Positions 31,317-42,200 of a DNA stretch of 64,000 nucleotides are shown piece after piece. The notes under the pieces are model-generated. The model was given only the letters and a program-made list of their open reading frames with translations, made no database searches and was not told where the DNA came from. Each line of letters starts with the position of its first letter. Position 1 is the first letter of the stretch. The stretch is from Azolla caroliniana (taxonomy: Eukaryota > Plantae > Polypodiophyta): contig JBHGNT010000004.1 in assembly GCA_043228905.1 (NCBI GenBank), forward strand, positions 25,358,001-25,422,000, read 5' to 3'. The position numbers and the translations under genes are program-made.

Positions 31317-31660
31317 TGTCTCTCTCTTCTCTGTGCGTTAAAGGTTTTCTTTTATATGTTAGATATTTACAGCTATCCAGCAGATGTGTGCGTAAGGGTT
31401 TCTCAGCAGATGGGCGAATTAGGGTTTGCTTAAGGAATCAGATCTCTGATTCGGATGAAACCTGCAAATCTCTCTCTCGCTCTCTAAATTCTTCAAAACA
31501 CCAAGGATTGCTGCCATCTTCACAACATGTTATGTTTGGGTAATAGGAGACATATATGTACATATGTGATTTGTCATGTTCCGGTGATAGGGACACTTTT
31601 TATGTCATGGATTCAACTCACCTTATGTCATGGATTCTAGGCGTGGTTCTATGCTTTCGG

Positions 31661-31766
31661 CTTATCTCCGAATGCCGATATCTATTAGCTTCTTATCTCC
31701 GGATGCCGATATCTATTAGCTGCTTATCTCCGGATGCCGATATCTATTAGCTGCTTATCTCCGGAT
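31661..31766. repeat. 31-bp minisatellite (3.4 copies) upstream of TRAPPC13
   Basis: 'cttatctccggatgccgatatctattagctg' starts at 31661, 31692 and 31723, with a partial copy at 31754. Confidence 0.9.
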
Positions 31767-31837
31767 ATCTCCATCCTATTTTATGAGCCCACATGTCATG
31801 TTGAGAGGATGCGGACTATGTTAACTCACAAGTTGTG

Positions 31838-32107
31838 TTGTCTGTTTGGTAGTTCACATTGCCATGGCGCTTTACATTTCACATTCTGTAAGGGTCTGTG
31901 GCAACATGAATAGGCAACTACACCAACTTACAACCATGAAGAATGCATAACATATGCTCTTTACGATATGTCTTATTTGTTTGGTAGTTAACATTCCCAT
32001 GGCGCGTTACATTTCACATTCTGTAAGGGTTTGTGGCAACATGAATAGGCAGCTAGGCCAAGTTACAACCATGAAGAATACGTAATGTATGCTCTTTAGG
32101 ATATGAC
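31838..32107. repeat. ~133-bp tandem duplication
   Basis: 'tgtttggtagtt.acatt.ccatggcgc...catttcacattctgtaagggt.tgtggcaacatgaataggca...caaccatgaagaat' appears twice. Confidence 0.8.
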
Positions 32108-34493
32108 ATATTGTATGTATGTGATCCTTTGAATGTGTTTATATTTATTCTAATAACCCATGCATGTATTGGCTCCTATTGCCTAGCTTCATAGGAGCCG
32201 CATTATATAAGTCATTAGGTAAATGAAAGAGAAGGATGTACATTGAATTTGCTTTTAGGTTGTGCATGAATATATATTGTATTTTGAACATCTTGAAATG
32301 TTTGACGAGGTTAAGTTGCATCATTACAATCTCTTGGCCACATTCTATATGCATAATATGTACGCCGTATCTAACATCCTTTTTCATGATATAAAGACAT
32401 GCATCAAACCCTCCATCTTTGGACATGATTAATCATACCCCAGATCGTTACGCATAAAATAGACATATACCTTATGCATTGCACCCTCTAGACCAACTTA
32501 AAATAGAGAATTCATTATGTTGTTGTTTCTTCTAAATATGTAAACACATGCAATACATCTCAAGATATGTTTTTATGTTATTGTTGATATCTATACACAC
32601 ACACACACATAGACTTGCTCATCATGCACGCCTCGCCACATTTTATACAAGCAAATAACCCTTCCTCCTCCACATAAGATGCTTTATATCAGATCGTGTT
32701 ATGGCCTTTGCAAATATTTTAATAATCTTAAGATGCATAATTATCTTGTCATTTAATATTATATGATACCCACTCTCTTGTGTTTAACCCCTTTGCATTT
32801 ATTTAGCCTGGAGCATCACTTTGGGATGGGTTATGCACTTTGTCCAATTACTTGAATTGGCATGAATGATGATGGACATGTTATGTGTGGTTATCACATT
32901 TCAAATAGATACACAATGTGAATTATATACACAACTAAGTAATTAGGAACAAATTATATAGATATAACTAGATACTTTATGTGGAGGTGAGGGAGCATAT
33001 TAACTTTGGTTATTGCATGTGCTCATAAGATATTCAAACTCAATCTTGGTTGTGGCGACCACACTTCTATAGGTGGTCCTCTCTTTAAGTTATTCCAATA
33101 CAAAATGAAACAGCTTAACAACAATGTTTTTACAACCAATTGACCCACCATAATCCAACAATTATCCAAAATGTTATGTTAAGGAGATAGACAAGAGATG
33201 CATGAGCATGTTGTGTATCATCTAGCTTTGAATGACACATGGCGGCTTATGAAGATAATCCAGTCAAATGCAAACGAAATTACACATACCTTCATGGATA
33301 TTTGATAGGATATAAAAAGGCATTTTCAAATAAATAGCAACATAGATCACATTTTTGAAAAAATCATTCAAGTGTTTTTTTATATCTCAAGCATTCTTGT
33401 CATCGATCACTCTACAAAGTTATCATGGCCACCCTTGGGTAAAGCCTAGAGGTATGTGATCAGTGAGATTCAATCATGAAGGATACATCGAATCGTGAAA
33501 CGAATGCTTGTATAATGAATATAATGATCAGAACATATTGCCCTTTGTGTTGTCATTGACACCTGACACCGAGGAGAGCATCATGGTTGGTTATTGCTCA
33601 AACTTCTTTCACTCTCAAAAATTTCACATCTAGCCCTTTGAAGTTTGCACCATAGCTACTTACTGAGATGGATACTGTGACCAACTCAATTAGAAACTTA
33701 CGATGCAAAATATGATGGCACATTTGGAAGTTGCAACTGGGAAGTTTCAGGCATCTTGCAAGGTTGATAAATGAGAGATCAAGATTCAATGTGTGATAAT
33801 AAATTCCCTATATCCATGTAGTGAGACAAATTTAATGCTTGATGGGACCCTTAACTCTCTTGCCAAATGGAGGTGTTTGACCAAGTGGGAGGTTATGGCA
33901 CCAACTCGTTCTTGCACCTTGGCCTGCCAACCCTGTATATATCGAAGAAAAAAGTGAGTGTTTTCATAAGTTCCAAAGGAGTGCACACACCACCGTGGAG
34001 GAGGACACTCATAAATATGCAACCATAGCATGCGAGTTCAATAAAAGGCATTTTTCAACCTCATATTTCTTACATATTATTTACGTTCATAAGGGTATCA
34101 TTTAAGTGGGTATATGCACATTGTATATGGAAAGGCAGCTTATATTCTATGAACAAGTGGATAAATGTAGGGATGGAGAGTTATATACATACCATAGACC
34201 CTGTAAAATCCATATCTACTATATGGAGGAAGTCTTGATACATTGGGAGAATCATCGTCCTTTATGGATTGAGCATTGTTACATTTGTTCTGGCTCAATC
34301 CAGGACAAGCCTGTTCGGTTTGCCATTGTTTAGAACTTTGGATGGGTGTTTGATTTGTCGGAGTAAACCTGTAGATAACATAAGAGTTTCTTAATTGTAT
34401 AAGATTTGGGGGTTCTAAACATGTTAAAATATGATTTAGTAAATTGTTTCTTTAACGTGTTATGATATGCTTTAGTTTAGTTTGGACATATTA

Positions 34494-36448
34494 TCAAAGT
34501 GGGGAGATGTGTGTGTGTGTGTGTGTGTGTGATTTTTTTTCCACATACTTGTCTTCATCAATAAAAAGTTGCAACTTCTCAGCAAGCTTGTTGAGAATAC
34601 ATTCCAGTTGTATGGTGTCTTCCTCAATGCCAGTTGGGTCTATCCTTCCATGGAGTTTACTTAATCTCCCTTCAGCGGTCTCATCTAAAGAAGGGGATTT
34701 GCTAGCATCATTCAACCTATGTGTTATTATCTCATCCATTGGGTTTGAATTGCTGCTCTTTGTTTGTCTACTCTTCATCGAATTTGCTTGAGAGATATTA
34801 TCATTTGCTTGAGAGAGATTATCTGAATATGTAGTTTTGTTGGCCCTTCCAAAAGCCTTAGAAGTAGTATTTTTCCGTAACTTCTCAAGATGAGCATTTT
34901 TTTTTCGTTCCATGTCAGCATTCCTTAGCTTCTCAAGGTGAGACTTGAAATAATTCTCAGTTGGGGTATCAAATCCTGCATACGAAGAAATATATGGGAT
35001 TAAAGTCTATACTCATAATAGCATCTTATTTCCTTGGGTTGAAGCAATGCTTTAGTTTCCCTCTCTATATTACACAACACCAAACCCTCTACGTTTGCAT
35101 TGCAAGGCATAAGCTTTAACACTACACCACAATGTTTAAACTACAAAAAAATTAGACCCTAGAATGGTTTAATTCTCGAAGAAGTTAAACAGTAATTTTA
35201 GACTATTATGATGCATAGCATAAATGCTATGCTTTCAAATTTTTGGACACCATAATCTGCATCAATAACCAATGTGATGCACACAAACTTTTCTCATTTA
35301 ATATATAAAGTGAATATAGATGCATTGCGCTATTGTTTACTGATAAAGAGTTATAGTTTTTACCATCATTGAGCTCTCGATCAGGGCTTGTGTCTCGAAG
35401 TCGCATAAGACCAAGTTGTTTTCGACACTTAATCATCCCCTTTGTTAACACCTCACATCGACCTTCACTGTCTCCTGCCAGTCTTTTCTGTTCTTCCTGA
35501 CAAACTAGCAAAGCCATGAGGATGTTGCTATTATATAATTATGGTATATCACATTATTATATAGACAGTTTTGGATATCCATATATATATATATATATAT
35601 ACAAGGTTCACGTTGTGTTATAAAAAATAGTTGGACCTCCATATATGTGGGAATCTCATGTTACCATTATAACAAGTTTTGCATATTCATATGCAGATAT
35701 TAGAAAAATGCATGTTATCATCTAACCAGTTTCGGATATTCATATGCATGTTTAACAGATCCTCAAATTTCATCCATTCATTTTATAGCAACTTTTGATA
35801 CATTTTGATGGCACGTAAATTACGTCGTCATATTAGCAAATCAATCTCCTTCATTGTTATTGTGTGGAACTGATTCCTCAATTCGGCAAATCCCACTTGC
35901 TCCAATTCTCAGCCATACGTTATGGCAACTTTTAGTATGCTGGAGAGTTTAATGATATGCATAGCCATTGCAGCACATTTGATCCATTTGTTCCTTAAAG
36001 TTGTGAATAAAGACCTCTAACTTGGACCCATTTCTTCCATTTGTTCAGCTATTATTATGAGCAATTCTTGATATATTGTGTCTTTAATGCATAGCCACAA
36101 CAGCGAATTAACGTCACTGAAATCATTCTATACTTGTGAATAGAAACGCCCTTTAATGTGGGCAACAATTGTGACAACCCTTTCCTAAATATTGGAGAGT
36201 TTAAGGCATGTATAGCCACAACACTGAAACTATGTCATTAATTCTAAATAAAAGTTTATGGTAGAAGATCAAATAGTTTAACTTCCTTTTTTGTTCTTTG
36301 TGTTTCTGTTTTGGTTTTTTTCTTTAGATTCTATATGAAGGAAAACAAAATAGCTCAGCTTACCTCTGATGTAAGGGTGTAAAATCTCCCATATTCCATA
36401 TTGGATGTCCGCCATACCAAATCTCGAGCCGGTTTCATGACTTTAAGA
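34494..36448 (-). pseudogene. Spliced PIERCE1/PIERCE2 (DUF4490)-like locus with an internal frame break and long C-terminal extension (pseudogene or indel artefact)
   Basis: Exons 36448-36364, 35527-35364 and 34975-34494 have GT-AG sites with compatible phases. Translation MKPARDLVWRTSNMEYGRFYTLTSE|QHPHGFASLSGR, frame shift at ~35491, then QKRLAGDSEGRCEVLTKGMIKCR...NDG|FDTPTENYFKSHLEKLR... Resembles the RTSNxxYG core recalled for PIERCE1. Confidence 0.5.
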
Positions 36449-36786
36449 CTTGAGGCAAAAGATATTATACATATATAAAAGAAGAAAGAAGGAGAGAAAG
36501 CAAGAAGAGGAAGACCGGCATGGTGATGGTAATGGAGCAAATAGAGTAAATACGTATTTTAGCCATCTTCTTGAACGATGATGATAGATGAAGCAAATAG
36601 GGTACGTATATATGTATGTATAGCTTAATCGTATCAGAAACTATGCATAATCAATCAATCATAAAGATAGATCATGTAATGTATAAGCGTATGTGCATAT
36701 ATTACGTATTAATTAATATGCGTTTTTTTATTTAGTCTTGTAGACAGGCAGAAGCTCGAGTAGACAGTTTCTGTTAACGACATTCT

Positions 36787-36802
36787 CCCTTCCTTCCTTC
36801 CT

Positions 36803-36837
<35 letters not shown>

Positions 36838-36900
36838 TTACTTCGTCGTCTTCTTCTTCTGCTTCTTCTTCTTCTTTTTCTTTGTCGTCGTCGTCGTCTA
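36787..36900. repeat. (CTT)n/(GTC)n compound microsatellite
   Basis: Directly visible. Confidence 0.9.
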
Positions 36901-39247
36901 ACTGTCGATGCTAAAAAGACTTTAGAGAAACTCACCGGAATGCCCCTCCCCTCCTATCTTGGCTTTTCCATATTTAGCAAAATAACCCTCTATCAGTCTC
37001 CTAAAGCCTTGGAAAAGAAAGGAGGGGTCCATAACATCTGAAAAACCTCACAATGATACTTACTTTCTTCAAGATATAATACATCGAAAAAGACAAATTA
37101 TCATGCTTTTGGCCATTGCATGATTACATGGTGTTACCATGCCCAACTATATTTCCTTCAAACAACTAACGCAATCAAGGACTTACGCCTAGGTGTGTGA
37201 AGTCATTAAGCCAAGGGGATTTGAACCATTTCCATGCACTTCAATGTTGGCCACAAGAGAAGAACAAGTGTGGCACTCAGTAACGAAACCCGGGAAGAGG
37301 GAGACTATTGAGGTAGAGTGTAAAGGGCTCAAACATTGTAAAAGCTCTAAACAACATGTTTTTAGGTCTTTTAGGTTGTAGCTTACGCCTCTCCTAATCC
37401 ACCCTAAAACCCCACCTATGTATTGATGTATTGCCCACATCCTCCCGAGGTGGTAGTTTATTTGACATGTGCATTTGGGTAACATTTTGAAAAAAAAAGT
37501 CTTTTGAAATATCTTACAAGTGCATTCATGTAACTTTATTGTCCATGTGGACTAGAGAGAGCAAGTTGGACAACAAGAATGAGAATGTGTGTCTAAATGA
37601 TCAATCACCTCACTAGTGTCCAAATGATGGTTTGTTTTATTGTGCATGTGGACTAGAGAGAGAACAAGTTGGTTAGCAAGAATGAGAATGTGTCTAAATG
37701 ATTGACCACCTCACAAATGTGCAAATGATGGATTGTTTAATGTTTTATTGTCGTATCCCATAGAAAGTTTTGTAAGGGAAATTGTGCCTAATTGTGTTTG
37801 TACTCAATGTCATGTGATGATATGCAATGTCTAGCTCACTTTGCGATGCTTACATTTAGGGGCAAAATTGTATTCCATGACATCCATGCTTGTGATACAT
37901 GAATGAATATAGATATTAATGTACTAATAGAGAGAGAGAGAGAGAGATGCCACATGCTCATACATATATATGTAGATCTAGATGCAACAAACATGCATGA
38001 GCTTCAAATTTTGTGTTTGATGAAGGGCATTGATGGATTTTCAAGTCCAAGTTGCATGGGGATGCTAACAAAAAGAAAGACGTTAGGTTGGAACTTGGCA
38101 TAACCCATTGCACCATGGCCAATATTGGATAAACACTAAGGGACATGACTTGTAAAATGTGCCGCCAAATTGTTGTATCTTTTCATTAGAGTTTAGCAAA
38201 GGTGTTCATGATTGCATTACAAGTGCGACACTCAGGATACTTGATTCAAAATGTAGAATAACCTAATCATGCTTTTCATGAACGCTTTCATTGCTAGAAC
38301 TCATACAAAGCAAATAACTAATTTTACTCAAACTTCTGCTTCTATCATATGAATGCACTTCAAATTAATGAAATTAAATGAAATGCCTACAGAAGTTCAT
38401 AAACAACTCATAAGTGTGATGCCTACTCTCACTTACATACAGGAAGAATGAATAATAACCTTCAAGTCTACCTAGATAAAGGATAGAAGGCTTCCAGAAA
38501 TATTTATCATAAAACCCATTTCCTCATAAAACATTGAAGCATCACAATGTTAACAATGAGACACAGCAAAACAAGATGGCTTACCTTGATCAAGACTATG
38601 TCCAACCAGTCCAAATTGAGGTGACATGATCGGCATATAGACACAAAACCATTACAGCTGCAAATCTGAACATGTATCTTATTATGACCTTCCTTTCATA
38701 TTAGGCAAATGTCTTTGTTTTTTCTAACTTCCATCAATAACTTATATCTTTACAAAAATTTCCAGGTATAAGGCTATTTGACACTTACAACTAGTCAATC
38801 TTATGATGATTAATAAACTAGCAGCAAACATATTATGGGTTGCAAAACACTTCATGTCATATACCAACCAAATTCAAATCATAAAATGTGGAATGGGCAG
38901 AGACAAGATGAACTAAACAATGTGATATTAGCATATCCATTGTTTATTGTTCGTCAAATTACTCTGCACATTATTTTTTTAATGTGCAGAACTTTTCAAT
39001 ATTTTGCTATATATCATCAACATAAGACCAATATAATGATATGAAGCAGAAAATAACAAGTAAACTTGAATCTCATCCTTAAACAATTGCATTTCACCTA
39101 TTTTTCATGTTATGTAGGCAAACACACCATACAATATGTCTTCTGGATAAGACCCTTCTTCTCTTTGTAATTCAAACCGGAACTGTACAAGCCATATGTG
39201 AAGGATAAAAATCATTCACCCAAATACCCATTTTACGTGACCTCTTT

Positions 39248-42200
39248 TCATGATTCCAAAGACTTCCGCACACACTGCCTTACTTTTCTGTGAATTCAAT
39301 AAGACAACCAGAAATGTTAAGGATGGAAATTCCCTTTAAAGAGTTTTCAAAAATGTTAAATGAATATTTCTATGGAAGAAAAACCACCAACCTGTTGTAA
39401 GTCTTAATATCAGTTTGATACAAATGAGCTGCATCTGGATTTGCTGGACTTGCTGGGTTTGGATCTGTAAGAAGAGACTGATTGCAACAAGGAGAAAAAA
39501 ACATCAGAAAATACAAAAAAACTAATGGAAGTCATTTCATGGATATTCAACAAGAAAAAAGAGCAACTTTCCCATTTTTCAATACCTTTCTTTGAAGGTT
39601 AGAAAGAGAGAAGAGACCAGAATAAAATCAATAGAAGTCATCACTTGGATGATAGGAGAAAAAAGAGAAGAAACAAACAAAACCGCTTCATGGATGCTAA
39701 ACAAGAAAAACGAGCAAACACATCAGAGTTCCTAATTTTCTAACTTTTCTTGAATGGTTAGAGAGCAGGAGTGAGACAAGACAACACGATATAGAAGTCA
39801 TTAGGCGGCAAAAAGCACAGGAACAAGTTAATAAATGATTGAGCATATGATTCCACCAAAAGTTTCCAAGTGTTCACCTGAATAGAAGTCAGAATCGTAG
39901 AAACATTGTGACAAGGTGACCATGCATCTTGAATGATGTCCATGCACAGAGTGCCATCAGTATAAACTGCAAAAATATAAAAAACACAGTACAGTGATTT
40001 AGTCAATGGAAATTGACAATGAGCGTTTACATCCAGCAGCATCAGAAAAGGAGGAAAGCCATACTGGCCTCACCATTTGGGTGATAAACTTCGGATGTGA
40101 ATCTCACTCTCGGGGGCTTTTCAGGGTAAGACTCACTGAAAATAAGGCGCAAGGAGAATATTCCACCTGGACAAGGATTCAAAATCTCATAAAGTTTCAA
40201 ATGTAACCAGAGATAGTTCTCTAATGTCACAGAGTAAATAATGGTGTTTTAACAATCTCTTGTATAAAAAATGCAAGGATGAACATGTATCAGAGAAACA
40301 TCTGTCAATACATAATATAAATACAAACATGGCATAACAAAGATAAATGTTTCATATAAAAATATGCATAGTGTTACACACTTGTCTAGTCTGAAATAGG
40401 GAGAGAACAAAGAAGAGTATACTGCAATGTTGGACAGTGAGCAACCTACCACAATTTTGTGTTGCAAGAGAATGGCACATGATACCACACAACAATGATG
40501 ATTATCTTAATTGACTCCAAAACTCCGCCTATGTCTTCCTTTTTTAAAATATACACATTTTGCATCTGGGTACAAATTTAATGCTACACATTCATGTAAA
40601 ATCAAACAGCATTGGAATAAGAGAGACGTTCTAAACCCATGTAACCACAAGATTTTGTCAAAAAAGAGAAGTATAAATCTAAGGAGAGCTTTTCTTTCAT
40701 ATGTTCTTGGGTACTCATATGTCCTTTTGTGTGTTTCCCTTTCTTTCTCAAATACAGGCAAGTTTTACACACACCAGAGGATGGATTCATCATCAGGCCC
40801 TCTTATATAGACATACATCTATCCTTTCTGTTGCATTGCATGACAGGGCAGCTGTGAACTTCTTCACATCAGTTAAGAGAATGTATGATAGGCAAATATG
40901 CACAGAATATATTTAGAGGAAAGAATTTGCAAATTGTGTCATGAGGGAATGGAATCTGAAGAACATTACGTATGGAACTGTAGTAGTGTTTTTTATGAAA
41001 TAAGAGACAAATACCAATGCCTCTTTAAGCAAGGCTTTGGCCCACTATGCAAGGTAATGGAATATGAGGACCAAAGGTGCCTAGGGCTTTTCTTGCTAGA
41101 ACTCAAGAGACGCAAATAAAAGTCGATGAAGGACAATAATACAGCAACACGAGCTCATCAACAAAGAACAATCACAACTTATTTTAGGACCATCACTCCT
41201 TATGCTACAATTCAATCAAGGGCTACTCAAATGGGCTCCCAGCAAGGACATAGCAAAGGGGTTACAATAGATCCGGCAATGGCAATTTGACGTGCACATT
41301 GACATTGACCATGTTCTCACCACTCTTCTGAATGACAAATAGAGGCAATTATCTCCTGCCATTGCAAGTGCTTGCCTCACTTCGAAGACCTCTCCATTTT
41401 GGATCAACCTATGCTAGCGATCTTTTGAACACAAAAATACAATCTATCTGACTTGAAAATCTGACATGTACTGGTATAAAGATTCTTTAGCCACATTTTA
41501 CCTTATTTACTTTTTGAACTTAGTAACATTTACTTTCGTTTGTTGTTCTCAAAGATGAGACAACACTTAATATGTGATCTCTTGTTTGGTCTTATCGGCC
41601 ATTTTGGCCTTGTAAATGATGTTTATATCTTTCTTTCTTTCTTTCTTTCTTTCTTCTTCTTTCTTCCACTTGTTTTTACCTTTACTTTTTCTTGGTTGTT
41701 GCCATTGTTGTGGTCTGGTCCTCATCATCATCATCATCAAGCATAGAAACCATGAGGTCCCAAGGTCCTTGCCTCTACAAATCTGCTCATCTACGTCCCT
41801 AGTTCCTCTTTCAACTAGAGCCCCTCCTTTTACCATATACTCGTAGAAGCCTCAAACATACATACTCTCTTCTTTGATTATTTCTATCGAAGTCACCACA
41901 TCCGACAAGCTCAGTCAGCCATCTTTGAGTTCTTGTAGCAAAAAAATTCATTGGCACATCTGTCTACCCGTCTCTAACGTTGACTCCAAAAACCCTTCTT
42001 TAAGAAAAAACCGACTCTTTTTCCCAAAAACTTGTGTTTATATAGGTTCAACCCCTATGCTAGATGTATCTATTTCGTTTCACATTTATTCTTGTCCCCT
42101 ATGCTTGTTTTGGCATTCCTGTTTTCTTCTCCACTATGTTTGTTTTGACCTTTCTGCCTTTTCCTTTCTACTTTTAGTGGCCACACTTTTAACCTGAGTT

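Noticed and set aside
31661-31766. 31-bp repeats as a CRISPR-like array
   Set aside because: Units are head-to-tail with no unique spacers, in eukaryotic nuclear context with no cas genes.
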